Positions 29,062-38,852 of a stretch of DNA of 64,000 nt are shown one piece after another. The DNA is from an uncultured Candidatus Entotheonella sp. Its GTDB lineage: Bacteria; Tectomicrobia; Entotheonellia; Entotheonellales; Entotheonellaceae. Where the stretch lies: contig CBDCDA010000001.1 in the NCBI GenBank assembly GCA_965215335.1, forward strand, positions 768,001 to 832,000, given 5' to 3'. Under the pieces are notes generated by a model. It was not told the origin of the DNA. It was given only the letters and a program-made list of their open reading frames with translations, and did no database searches. Numbering within the stretch: the first letter of the stretch is position 1; the number at the start of each line of letters is the position of its first letter. The translations under genes and the position numbers were made by a program.

Positions 29062-29675
29062 TTAACATCGACCGCACGTACAAACTGGTACGGCGTTACC
29101 GGGTGACGGACGCCTCGGTCCACGACAGTCAGGTGATGGATGAGTTGCTGACTTCGGACAACATGGCAAGCGGTGTGTGGGCGGACAGCGCTTATCGGTC
29201 GAAAGCGATAGAGGCGAAGGTGAAGGCCAAGGGGCTGACAAGTCGGATTCATCGCAAGGGCCATCGTAACCGTCCATTGCGGGATTGGGAGAAGGCCGGC
29301 AACAGGAGTCGTTCACGGTTTCGGGCACGGGTGGAACACGTCTTCGGCGCGCAGCACAATGACATGGGCGGGACGTTGGTTCGCAGCATCGGGCTTGTCC
29401 GGGCGAGGGCGCGGACAGGTCTCAAGAACCTGGCCTACAACATGCGACGGCTGGTTGGGTTGCAATGTCTTGGGACGGTGGGTTGAGGGCAAGTGGTGCG
29501 ACAAGGTGTAGCGGGCGCCCTCTTTGAGAGGTGAATCCTGATTGTCGGGAGGCGATACCCTGGAAAGCTGAGTTGATTTTCCTATCGAAACGGTGCGAAT
29601 GACCCATCCTGTCATCTTGGACCGCCCAAGAGGTATTTTTCGAGGTGCCCTAAAGGTTGATCCATACCATCTAAT

Positions 29676-29709
29676 CCCGGGCCCATACAGGCCCGGGGCC
29701 TGCTTTTTT
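29676..29709 (+). terminator. Possible intrinsic terminator upstream of the pqq promoter
   Basis: CCCGGGCC-CATACA-GGCCCGGG hairpin followed, after 6 nt, by T6. Confidence 0.4.
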
Positions 29710-29727
29710 GTGGAGCTTTGCAAGCTG

Positions 29728-29756
29728 TTGACACGGTTTTGAGCCGCAGTTAGTAT
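29728..29756 (+). promoter_or_regulatory. Sigma70-type promoter of the pqq operon
   Basis: TTGACA-17 bp-TAGTAT, 70 bp upstream of the pqqB ATG. Confidence 0.65.
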
Positions 29757-29826
29757 GAGGCCCGTTGTCAGCCAGCACTGTTACGGTATGCACCTTGCCT
29801 GAAACTTCCTGGCCTGTGGAGAGACG

Positions 29827-30741
29827 ATGCGGATACACGTTCTCGGATCAGCCGCCGGCGGCGGCTTCCCGCAGTGGAATTGCAACTGCTCGAACTGCAG
29901 CCGGCTGCGCCAGGGGCAGATCACCGCCACGGCCCGCACCCAGTCCTCCATCGCCGTCAGCAGCGATGGCGTCAATTGGGTGCTCTTCAACGCCTCCCCC
30001 GACATTCGCACCCAGCTGGAAGCCTTTCCGCCCATGCAGCCGGCCCGGTCGCTACGCGACACGGGCATCGTCGGCATCGTCCTCATCGATAGCCAGATCG
30101 ACCATACAACGGGCCTGCTGGTGTTGCGTGAAGGCCAACCCCTCGACATTTACTGCACCGACATGGTGCAGCAGGACCTCAGTACCGGGCACCCTCTTTT
30201 CAACGTGTTGGACCATTACTGTGGCGTCAATTGGCATCCGGTGCCGCTGGCAGCCGGTTCTCGCTTCACCATCGACGGCGTCGATGACCTGCGCTTCACC
30301 GCGGTGCCGCTGAGCAGCAAGGCGCCGCCCTATTCCCCGCACCGCCACGACCCGCACCTTGGCGACACCATCAGCGTGCGCGTGGAAGACCTGCGCAGCG
30401 GCAAGAACCTGTACTACGCGCCGGGCCTGGGCAACATCGAGCCGCATATCTTGCCCTACATGAAGGAAGCGGATTGCCTGATGGTCGACGGGACATTCTG
30501 GCGCGACGACGAGATGGTGATCGCTGGCCTGGGCAAGAAACTCGCCAGTGACATGGGACACCTGCCGCAGTCGGGCGACGACGGCATGTTGAGCGTCCTC
30601 GACGCGTTGCGGCGTCCGCGCAAAATCCTGATCCACATCAACAACTCGAATCCGATACTCGATGAGGACTCCCCGGAACGCGCCATTGTTGACAAGGCGG
30701 GTGTCGAAGTGGCCTGCGACGGGATGGACATTGTCTTGTAA
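29827..30741 (+). CDS. pqqB: PQQ biosynthesis protein PqqB
   Basis: [60 protein letters not shown]. Confidence 0.97.
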   Translation: MRIHVLGSAAGGGFPQWNCNCSNCSRLRQGQITATARTQSSIAVSSDGVNWVLFNASPDIRTQLEAFPPMQPARSLRDTGIVGIVLIDSQIDHTTGLLVLREGQPLDIYCTDMVQQDLSTGHPLFNVLDHYCGVNWHPVPLAAGSRFTIDGVDDLRFTAVPLSSKAPPYSPHRHDPHLGDTISVRVEDLRSGKNLYYAPGLGNIEPHILPYMKEADCLMVDGTFWRDDEMVIAGLGKKLASDMGHLPQSGDDGMLSVLDALRRPRKILIHINNSNPILDEDSPERAIVDKAGVEVACDGMDIVL

Positions 30742-30770
30742 CGCGCCATGCAGTTCAAGGAGTCTCCGGC

Positions 30771-31517
30771 ATGTCTGCTTCCGAACTGGCCCCCTGGAGT
30801 CGTGCGGAATTTCACGAGAAACTGAAGGAGAAAGGAACCTCGTACCATATCTATCATCCCTTCCAGGTCATGATGACCGAGGGCAGGCTGACGCGTTCGC
30901 AAATGCAGGGCTGGGTGGCCAACCGGTTTTATTATCAGAAGAATATTCCGTTGAAAGACGCCGCGGTCATGGCCAATTGCCCGGACCGCGAAGTGCGGCG
31001 CGAGTGGATCCTGCGCATGCTCGATCAGGATGGCACGGAAGACGACGAGGGCGGCATCGAAGCCTGGTTGCGGCTGGGTGTCGCCTGTGGCTTGACGCGC
31101 GAGGAAGTCCTCAGTGAGGAGCACGTCCTGCCCGGCGTGCGCTTCGCGGTTGACGCCTACCGCAACTTTGCCCGTTCACGGCCTTGGCAGGAAGCGGTGT
31201 GCTCGTCGCTCACGGAGCTTTTCGCGCCGGACGCGCACGCCTCGCGTATCGAGTCGTTCCCCAGGCATTACCCGTGGATCGGTCCGGAAGGGCTGGACTA
31301 TTTCCGCATGCGCCTGAGCGAGGCGCGCCGCGACGTGCAGCACGGACTCCGCGTCACCCTGGATTATTTCAGGACCCGCACGCAGCAGCAGCGCGCCCTG
31401 GATATCCTGGAATTCAAGCTCGACGTGTTGTGGACGATGCTGGACGCCATGTACATGGCCTACATTTCTCAGGAAACCCTGCCGCCGCACAAGAAATACG
31501 CGCTGGTCGAACGCTGA
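30771..31517 (+). CDS. pqqC: Pyrroloquinoline-quinone synthase PqqC
   Basis: [44 protein letters not shown]. Confidence 0.97.
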   Translation: MSASELAPWSRAEFHEKLKEKGTSYHIYHPFQVMMTEGRLTRSQMQGWVANRFYYQKNIPLKDAAVMANCPDREVRREWILRMLDQDGTEDDEGGIEAWLRLGVACGLTREEVLSEEHVLPGVRFAVDAYRNFARSRPWQEAVCSSLTELFAPDAHASRIESFPRHYPWIGPEGLDYFRMRLSEARRDVQHGLRVTLDYFRTRTQQQRALDILEFKLDVLWTMLDAMYMAYISQETLPPHKKYALVER

Positions 31518-31543
31518 GGCATGGCTGGACAAAGGAGGCCGGA

Positions 31544-31837
31544 ATGGCAGAACCAGCGGTCCTGCAACCGGACGACATCATCAGCATCACGCGCCATTTT
31601 CGCCTGCAGTGGGAAGAAGCGCAACAGGCCCACGTGTTGCTGTATCCCGAGGGCATGGTGACCCTCAACGGACCGGCCGCGGAAATCCTGACCCGTTGCC
31701 GGGAGGCCAAATCCGTCGCCCGGGTGGTCGAGGAACTGCAACAGGCATTTCCGCAGGATGACATCGCCGCGGACGTGCGCGAGTTTCTGGAGGACGCTCA
31801 TGCAAACGGCTGGATCTGCATCGAACGGGCAGGCTAA
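31544..31837 (+). CDS. pqqD: PQQ peptide chaperone PqqD
   Basis: [41 protein letters not shown]. Confidence 0.95.
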   Translation: MAEPAVLQPDDIISITRHFRLQWEEAQQAHVLLYPEGMVTLNGPAAEILTRCREAKSVARVVEELQQAFPQDDIAADVREFLEDAHANGWICIERAG

Positions 31838-32966
31838 CCCCCTGTGGCTGCTGGCGGAGTTGACCTACCGCTGCCCGCTGCAATGTCTCTATTGTTCCAA
31901 CCCCGTGGACTACGCCAAGTATCAAAACGAGCTGACCACCGCGGAATGGCTGCGGGTGCTCCAGGAAGGCCGCGCCATGGGCGCCACGCAGCTCGGCTTC
32001 TCGGGCGGCGAACCCCTGGTTCGCAAGGACCTCGTCGACCTGGCGCGCGAAGCCAGACGGCTGGGCTATTATTCCAACCTGATTACCTCCGGCATCGGCA
32101 TGGACGAGGCCCGTATCGCCGCCCTGAAGGAAGCCGGTCTGGACCATATCCAGTTGAGTTTCCAGGCCAATACGCCCGATCTCAACGACTACATCGGCGG
32201 CGCCAGGACCTTTGAACGCAAGCTCGCCATGGCGCGGCTGATCAAGCATTACGATTACCCGATGGTGATGAATGTCGTGCTGCACCGGCAGAACATCGAT
32301 CAGACCGAGCAAATCCTGCAGATGGCCGAGGAACTGGAAGCCGATTACATCGAGATGGCCAACACCCAGTATTACGGCTGGGCGAAGGTCAACCGTTCCC
32401 ACCTGCTGCCGACCCGCCAGCAGGTGGAGCGCGCCGAGGCCATTGCCCACGACTACCAGGAACGCTTCAGGGGGCGCATGAAGGTCTACTATGTGGTGCC
32501 CGATTACTTCGAGGATCGTCCCAAGCCGTGCATGGCCGGCTGGGGTTCCGTGTTCCTGAGCGTGGCGCCCGACGGCACCGCCCTGCCCTGCCACGCCGCC
32601 CATCAACTGCCGGGCCTGGACTTCCCCAGCGTGCGCGACGCGAGCCTGCACTGGATCTGGCACGAATCCCCGGCTTTCAATGCCTTCCGGGGCGAGGACT
32701 GGATGAAAGAGCCCTGCCGCGCCTGCCCGGAGCGCACCAAGGACTTTGGCGGCTGCCGCTGCCAGGCCTACATGCTGACGGGCGACGCGACCAATGCGGA
32801 CCCCGTCTGCAGCCTGTCGCCGCAGCACGACGTCGTGCTCAAGGCCATCGATGAGGATCAGGTCGTTCCGTCTGCCGATCAGCTTCCGATGTTCCGCAGC
32901 AACAAGAACTCGCGGCAGTTCGTCGGCTCTGGCGTCCAGCCTGCCAGACTTCACGACGAGACCTGA
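31800..32966 (+). CDS. pqqE: Radical SAM/SPASM PqqA cyclase PqqE
   Basis: [34 protein letters not shown]...DFGGCRCQA. Confidence 0.97.
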   Translation: MQTAGSASNGQANPLWLLAELTYRCPLQCLYCSNPVDYAKYQNELTTAEWLRVLQEGRAMGATQLGFSGGEPLVRKDLVDLAREARRLGYYSNLITSGIGMDEARIAALKEAGLDHIQLSFQANTPDLNDYIGGARTFERKLAMARLIKHYDYPMVMNVVLHRQNIDQTEQILQMAEELEADYIEMANTQYYGWAKVNRSHLLPTRQQVERAEAIAHDYQERFRGRMKVYYVVPDYFEDRPKPCMAGWGSVFLSVAPDGTALPCHAAHQLPGLDFPSVRDASLHWIWHESPAFNAFRGEDWMKEPCRACPERTKDFGGCRCQAYMLTGDATNADPVCSLSPQHDVVLKAIDEDQVVPSADQLPMFRSNKNSRQFVGSGVQPARLHDET

Positions 32967-32971
32967 CTCAC

Positions 32972-33931
32972 ATGCCGGTCGACGCCTTGCCGCAGTCAGA
33001 TGCCTCGTTCGCCATCCAGACCACCGATCTGAGCAAGACCTATGGCGGCCTGCAAGCCGTCGACCGGCTGCAGCTGGCCATTCCGGCGGGCCAGTTCTTC
33101 GGCCTGCTCGGCCCCAACGGGTCCGGCAAGACGACTACCATCCACATGCTGACCACCTTGGCGCGTCCCACGGCAGGACAGGCGAGCGTGGCCGGGCACG
33201 ACGTCCTCAGGGAGAGCGTCGCAGTGCGGCGCGAGGTCGGCCTGGTGTTCCAGGAGTCGGCCCTGGACCGCTCGCTGACGGTGGACGAAAACTTGCGTTT
33301 TGCCGGCATGCTGCGCAATCTCTCCCGTGCCACCATTCGCCAGCGTAGCGACGAACTGCTGGAGCTGTTCAATCTGCGCGAACGGCGTCACGTGAAGGTC
33401 GCAACGCTGTCCGGGGGCATGCGGCGGGCGCTCGATATTGCCCGCGGCGTGCTGCACCGGCCCCGTGTCCTGTTTCTCGACGAGCCCACCTTGGGGCTGG
33501 ACGTTCCCGGCCGGCGCGGTATCTGGCGCTTCATCGAACGGCTGCGACGCGAGGAAGTCATGACCGTCTTTCTCACCACGCACTATCTCGAAGAGGCCGA
33601 AGCATGCGACCAGGTTGCCTTCCTGGCCGCGGGCAGGATCATCGGCTCCGGGACACCCGCATCCCTGGTCCGGCAATTCGGCCCTTACGTGCTGGAAATT
33701 GACGGCACCGACCTGGATGCGACCGCCACGCTGCTCTCACCCCGCCTCGGCCCCTGCCTCAAGGAAGACGGGACCGCGAGTTTTCGCGTTCCTGACGAAC
33801 GGTTTTCGTTCGCCGGGTTGCAGGCGGATCTCAACGACAGCGTGCAGGCCGTGCGCTGGCGGCGGCCCAACCTCAACGACGTGTTCCTGTGGGTCAATGA
33901 TCCGACCCTGAACGTGGGATTCGAGATATGA
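32972..33931 (+). CDS. ABC transporter ATP-binding subunit
   Basis: GPNGSGKTT, LSGGMRR, FLDEPT, TTHYLEEA. Confidence 0.95.
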   Translation: MPVDALPQSDASFAIQTTDLSKTYGGLQAVDRLQLAIPAGQFFGLLGPNGSGKTTTIHMLTTLARPTAGQASVAGHDVLRESVAVRREVGLVFQESALDRSLTVDENLRFAGMLRNLSRATIRQRSDELLELFNLRERRHVKVATLSGGMRRALDIARGVLHRPRVLFLDEPTLGLDVPGRRGIWRFIERLRREEVMTVFLTTHYLEEAEACDQVAFLAAGRIIGSGTPASLVRQFGPYVLEIDGTDLDATATLLSPRLGPCLKEDGTASFRVPDERFSFAGLQADLNDSVQAVRWRRPNLNDVFLWVNDPTLNVGFEI

Positions 33932-34722
33932 CGTGGCGACCGGTGTGGGCCTTGATCGAACGCGAACTGATGCGCATGGTTCGCCAGCGCGGCCGCCTGG
34001 TGAGCGCCTTGGTGCGGCCCCTCATCTGGCTGCTGGTCATCGGCGCGGGCTTCGGCACCCTGCTGGGAGAGGAAGCGTCGGGCGGCTACCAGCGCTTCCT
34101 GTCGCCCGGACTGCTCGGCATGGTCATGCTGTTCGCCGCCATGCTGGTTTCGCTGTCGGTGGTGTACGACAAGGAATTCGGCATCATGCGGCTGCTGATC
34201 ATTTCTCCCCTGCCCCATTACTGGGTGGTCATCGCCAAGACGATCAGCGGCATGGTGGTGGCCGTCGCGCAGGCCGGCGCCTTCGCCGTCCTGCTGGCCC
34301 TGATGGGATACATCGGGGGCGGCGTGTCGCTGCCGCTGCTGGTGCTCGGTCTGCTCACCACGGCACTGGCCTGCGCCAGCCTGGGTATGCTGATCGCGGT
34401 GTGGAGCTCCACCCTGGACAACTTCGCCGTCGTCATGAACTTCGTCATCTTCCCCGTGTTTTTCCTGAGCGGCGCCCTGTATCCGGTGCAGCAGTTGCCG
34501 GACATCCTGAAAATCGTCGCCGCCATCAACCCCTTCACCTACGGGGTCGACCTGCTCAAGCACGCCCTCGCCAGCAGTCTTGCCCCACCCCTCGGCCCCG
34601 ACTTTTCGGCAGCCATGGACCTCACGGTTCTGCTGGGTTTCGCCGGCGTCGCCATCTTCATGGCCTGCCTGCGCTTTTCGCACGAATCCGCCGCTGGTCT
34701 GCTGGGCTTTCTGCGCGGTTGA
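33928..34722 (+). CDS. ABC-2 type permease (resembles PQQ-alcohol-dehydrogenase-associated permeases)
   Basis: RQRGRLVSALVRPLIWL, DKEFGIMRLL, MNFVIFPVFFLSGALYP, NPFTYGV. Confidence 0.92.
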   Translation: MTWRPVWALIERELMRMVRQRGRLVSALVRPLIWLLVIGAGFGTLLGEEASGGYQRFLSPGLLGMVMLFAAMLVSLSVVYDKEFGIMRLLIISPLPHYWVVIAKTISGMVVAVAQAGAFAVLLALMGYIGGGVSLPLLVLGLLTTALACASLGMLIAVWSSTLDNFAVVMNFVIFPVFFLSGALYPVQQLPDILKIVAAINPFTYGVDLLKHALASSLAPPLGPDFSAAMDLTVLLGFAGVAIFMACLRFSHESAAGLLGFLRG

Positions 34723-34764
34723 GCGGGAATTTGTGCAACAATTGCCGCCAACGCAGAGCACTAA

Positions 34765-34933
34765 GGACACTGATCTAAATTATCTTGCTATCTTCAGAGG
34801 CTTCTCGTCGCACAATTCAACAATGAAAAGGCGAAGATGGGATTCCTGGTGCTTGCCCGTAACACGTTTCGCGGCAAATGGAACTGCAAACGGTGAACCC
34901 GTGAAGTCGATAATTTAATTTCGATCAAACTCC
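34765..34933 (+). mobile_element. 169-bp ISAzo13-derived miniature element
   Basis: Ends GGACACTGATCTAAATTATC / GGAGTTTGATCGAAATTAAATTATC with TAA on both sides. Interior reads LARNTFRGKWN, like the transposase C-terminal LHRNAFHGDWN. Confidence 0.65.
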
Positions 34934-35047
34934 TAAGATCAGGACAATAAGGGTTTTGCCGTCATTTGAAAAAAAAGTCGGAGGCTGTCCACGGCCTCGC
35001 CTACGGGGGCGTGCAAGGCGCCGTAGAGGTGCCAAGGAGGTCGGAAC

Positions 35048-36208
35048 TTGACGCATTCTTCGGCATCATCGGCTCGTCTCATGCTGGTCGGCCCGCTCCC
35101 ACCGCCGGAACACGGCCAATCTGTGGCGTTCGAGATGTTGTGCGGCGCGCTTCGCGACCGCGGCCATGACTGCCGAGTCGTGAATATTCAGGGAAAGGAG
35201 CCATCGTCGCTTGGACGATTTACCCTCAGGCGTTCGATGGAAACGCTGCGCCCTCTTGCCCGGTTCGCGGACGGGTTGATGGCGCGTTACCGTCAGGTGT
35301 ACATCACGATCTCTCGATCCAGAGCGGGCTTCATGCGAGACATGCTCATGATCTGGAGCGCCTGGGTGTGTGGTTGCCGCATCGCCGTCCATGTGCATGG
35401 AGGAAATTATGATGCCTTCTACCGCGTACAGCCGCGGTTCTGGCGCTTCCTGATCTGCCACACGCTGCGGCGTGTCCACCGGATCATCGTCCTGAGCGAG
35501 CGGTTGCGGAGCATGTTCGACTTCGATCCGACACTCAAGGAGCGTATCACGGTCGTATCGAACGGTCTGCCCTTCACCCTGAACGCCGCGTCGCGAGGCC
35601 GTCGCCTGCGTCTGCGTCGGGACCAGCCCGTTCGACTCCTGCTCCTGTCCAACCTGATCCGGTCCAAGGGCTACTTCGACGTGTTGGAGGCCATTGCGAT
35701 TCTGCGGAAGACGACGATTCCATTGGAGGCTACCTTCGCGGGTCGCTTCCTGTCGTCGGCCGATGATCCCGTGCCGATGTCGCCGGACGAGGCGGAGACA
35801 AGATTCCACGAGTACGTCGCGGCCAACGACCTTGGGAATGTCGTTCGCTATTTAGGGCCGGTCATCGGCGAAGCGAAACAACATTTGCTTGAAACAAGCG
35901 ACATCTTCCTTCTGCCAACCCACTATTTCACCGAGGGGCAACCCATTTCGGTCATTGAAGCCATGGCCTACGGTTGCGTCGTGATTTCCACGGACTATCG
36001 GGCCATACCGGACATGGTGATCAATGGTGTTACCGGCGTGCTGATTGAGCACGGCCGGCCGGACCGGATTGCCGACGTCATACGGCAAATTGTCGCTGAA
36101 CCCGACCGCTACGAGGCGATGAGCCAAGCGGCGGTGGAGCGTTACGAAAAGCACTTTACGATGCAGCGACACCTGGACGCGATCATTCCTGTGCTGGCGA
36201 GTGCATGA
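35048..36208 (+). CDS. GT4 glycosyltransferase
   Basis: RBS AAGGAGG + TTG; GPLPPPEHGQ, SNLIRSKGY, EGQPISVIEAMAYG. Confidence 0.92.
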   Translation: MTHSSASSARLMLVGPLPPPEHGQSVAFEMLCGALRDRGHDCRVVNIQGKEPSSLGRFTLRRSMETLRPLARFADGLMARYRQVYITISRSRAGFMRDMLMIWSAWVCGCRIAVHVHGGNYDAFYRVQPRFWRFLICHTLRRVHRIIVLSERLRSMFDFDPTLKERITVVSNGLPFTLNAASRGRRLRLRRDQPVRLLLLSNLIRSKGYFDVLEAIAILRKTTIPLEATFAGRFLSSADDPVPMSPDEAETRFHEYVAANDLGNVVRYLGPVIGEAKQHLLETSDIFLLPTHYFTEGQPISVIEAMAYGCVVISTDYRAIPDMVINGVTGVLIEHGRPDRIADVIRQIVAEPDRYEAMSQAAVERYEKHFTMQRHLDAIIPVLASA

Positions 36209-36273
36209 GGCGCAATAAGCAGAGCGGATTCATCGAATGGTCCACAGACTGCCCCAAATCACTGCCATGACGC

Positions 36274-37638
36274 ATGCGAAAAGTACGGATCTGCCGGTGG
36301 ATTGACGGTATGTTGTCTCGTGCCGCCCCTTTGCGTTCGAACCCCACGTCCGAGGCGCGCGTGGTGCGGCAGACGCTATGGATGGGCGCCATAACGGCGG
36401 TAAAGTTTCTGGCCAGCATCATTCAGATGGCACTCTCGGCCCGGATTCTGGGGCCAGAAGGCCTCGGCATTCTGGCCGTCATCATCGCCGTGCCCGCGCT
36501 CCTATTCGGTTTCATGGCTTTGCCCGGCCATGAAACAATTACCACATTCGTAACCAGGAGCTTGTCCGCTGGTCGGCGTGAAGAGGCCGCAGGGACATTG
36601 TGCCTGGCGTTCGCGGCATCCCTTGGTCTGGCAATGGTCTCCTATGCCTTGCTACCGGTGTTTAGCTTCGCCGCGAGTGAATTAATCGGAATCGAGCAAA
36701 TCCATCGGTCCACGCTGTTGTGGTACGGCGTTACCGGCCTCTTCATGTCCACCGTCCTTGCAAGCACCGCCGTGCTGCGTTTGACAGACCAATTGCGCTT
36801 GGGATTCGCGATCACGGTGGGGAGTCTGTTGACCAGAATCGTCGTGATTACCGTAGCATGGCTGACCGATGGTGGGTTGTTCATGGTAGCAATGTCATAT
36901 GTTGCTGGAGCCGCCGTCGAGGGTGTTGGGCTGTTCATTGCCGCCGCCATATCCATACGGCGAGGCGGCTTGCCCGTTTTGTCGATGTCATTACTGCTTC
37001 GAGTCCCGCGCGATGTTGTCAGGTTTCAAATCATGACATTCTTCCAGACCAAGGCGGGGGCGTTGAGTGGGACAATCGACGTGATTTTGATGAGCGCCTT
37101 TACCAGCGCGGACCAAGTGGGTATGTACCGCGCAGCCCGCCAGATGATCGAAGCCACTAGACTGTCCATCCAGCCAATAGCACATGGGTTACAGGTTGAG
37201 TACAGCAGGCGGTATTACACCTCCGGCGGCAGTCTGCGGGAGTTGTCGCGCCGCTTCACCACGCTGTCTGTCGCGCTTGCCATCATGATCTACGGTTTGC
37301 TAGCCCTCTTTCACGCCCCCATCATTCGGGCAATTTTCGGTTCCGAATTCACCGGGATCGCTCAACCTTTGCTGATTCTCATACTTGGCTCGTTCGCGTT
37401 CATGTCCATTGGGGCACTGTACGGACTGCCAGCAGCCACGGGCCGGGCGGAGCCGTTGTTAATTGCGACCTGGATCAGCTTGACGGCCATGGTAATGGCG
37501 ATAGTGTTGCTGGTACCGACACATGGGGCAAAGGGTGCGGCCTGGGCCAACACAGCCTACTTCCTGGTGAATGTGGGCACCACTATACCTTTTGTGCTGG
37601 CGGCGTTGTTCCGCAGTCGCAACCGGGATGGAAGCTGA
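36274..37638 (+). CDS. Wzx-like flippase, paralog of 17218-18531
   Basis: RQTLWMG.ITAV, SARILGPEG, GAAWANT shared with 17218-18531. Confidence 0.88.
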   Translation: MRKVRICRWIDGMLSRAAPLRSNPTSEARVVRQTLWMGAITAVKFLASIIQMALSARILGPEGLGILAVIIAVPALLFGFMALPGHETITTFVTRSLSAGRREEAAGTLCLAFAASLGLAMVSYALLPVFSFAASELIGIEQIHRSTLLWYGVTGLFMSTVLASTAVLRLTDQLRLGFAITVGSLLTRIVVITVAWLTDGGLFMVAMSYVAGAAVEGVGLFIAAAISIRRGGLPVLSMSLLLRVPRDVVRFQIMTFFQTKAGALSGTIDVILMSAFTSADQVGMYRAARQMIEATRLSIQPIAHGLQVEYSRRYYTSGGSLRELSRRFTTLSVALAIMIYGLLALFHAPIIRAIFGSEFTGIAQPLLILILGSFAFMSIGALYGLPAATGRAEPLLIATWISLTAMVMAIVLLVPTHGAKGAAWANTAYFLVNVGTTIPFVLAALFRSRNRDGS

Positions 37639-37679
37639 AGTCAGGCTGGTGGTAGTGGAATCAACCCGCGGAGGATGTA

Positions 37680-38828
37680 TTGAACTCGTCAGACCACATC
37701 GTCATCATCACCCCAATCTACCCATCGTCGTATAGGGTAGAGTCAGGGGCATTCACACAGGTATTAGCGCGAAACCTAGTCCGTTTGGGTGTGAACACGA
37801 CAATAATAGTACCAAGCAAATTCTGGCAACCAGACGCCGGCAGTTCCAGCGAGCAGATATACTCGGACGGTGTTGTCGAACCGGCAGTCCGCCGTCCGGC
37901 GTATCTCCCATTCTCAAACAAGAGGATTCCGGTCGTGGGATCAACGTTTCGCTGGACACTCAGAACGTTCGATCGGGCGTTCCGCCAAACTGTCCGCGGT
38001 CTGCAACCTCGTCCAACCCACCTGTACGGTCAGTTTATGTTTCCGGCAGGGTACACCGCCGCGCGACTGGCCAAGGAGATAGGAGCGAAGTCCGCAGTGA
38101 GTATAGGTGAGTCCTCTCTGGACTACTACGAAATGCATCTTGAGTCGGAGGAAATCAAACACGCGTACGGTGCTGCGGATTCGATAGTCACGGTCGCCGA
38201 TCATCTCCGACAACGGTGCATCGACCGTTACGGTGTGCCGGAGAGCAAGATCGCCACGTTCAGGAACGCAGCGGCGCCCGATTTCATCCCTCTTGACCGG
38301 AATCAGGCAAGAGCACAGCTAGGTTTGCCGAGAAATCGCCCGATCATAGGATTTGTCGGGACGTTCAATTCCAACAAACGTCCGTTGCACGTGCTCGAAG
38401 CGATACGGAACCGGCCCGACATCGGGGCGTTTTTTCTGGGGCATCCGACCTCGCAATCACCGGGCGGGGAGCAAACGTTGTTTGCCGGTTCCGTACCTCA
38501 CGAACAGGTACCCGTCTGGCTGAACTCGGCAGACCTGTTCGTCCATGCCAGCTTGGCCGAGGGGACATCCAGCGCAATCGCCGAAGCCAAGGCGTGCGGG
38601 CTTCCCGTGGTTGCCACAGACATACCGGGGAACCGGGAACTACTGAACCCCGAATACTCCATCCTGGTGGACCCACTGGACCGGAGCATGATGGCCCGGG
38701 CTATATTCAAGCTCGTTGATGATGCCGAACTGCGCAACAGGATGTCCAAAGCAGCGTTGAAGTCCGCGCAGGCGTACACTAGTCTGGATCGAGCGCGAAA
38801 CATCCTGATGTGGCTGAGATCACGATGA
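37680..38828 (+). CDS. GT4 glycosyltransferase
   Basis: GFVGTFNSNK, EGTSSAIAEAKACGLPVVATDIPG. Confidence 0.9.
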   Translation: MNSSDHIVIITPIYPSSYRVESGAFTQVLARNLVRLGVNTTIIVPSKFWQPDAGSSSEQIYSDGVVEPAVRRPAYLPFSNKRIPVVGSTFRWTLRTFDRAFRQTVRGLQPRPTHLYGQFMFPAGYTAARLAKEIGAKSAVSIGESSLDYYEMHLESEEIKHAYGAADSIVTVADHLRQRCIDRYGVPESKIATFRNAAAPDFIPLDRNQARAQLGLPRNRPIIGFVGTFNSNKRPLHVLEAIRNRPDIGAFFLGHPTSQSPGGEQTLFAGSVPHEQVPVWLNSADLFVHASLAEGTSSAIAEAKACGLPVVATDIPGNRELLNPEYSILVDPLDRSMMARAIFKLVDDAELRNRMSKAALKSAQAYTSLDRARNILMWLRSR

Positions 38829-38852
38829 GTGCTACGAGGTGACACGGCTGGC

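Larger units (their letters stand above)
27073..29650 (+). mobile_element. IS5 family element (frameshifted transposase) interrupted by ISAzo13
   Basis: IRs GGGCATCTCTAATAATAC / GGGCACCTCGAAAAATAC. Transposase pieces at 27159-27776 and 29062-29486 match the uninterrupted copy at 59053-59904. Confidence 0.93.

Noticed and set aside
29651..29826. pqqA precursor
   Set aside because: No short ORF with the ExxxY core was found.
6935..34770. Long antisense or overlapping ORFs (e.g. 6935-8218, 9660-10898, 20275-21534, 31665-32954, 33685-34770)
   Set aside because: Shadows of high-GC genes on the opposite strand, with no recognisable motifs.
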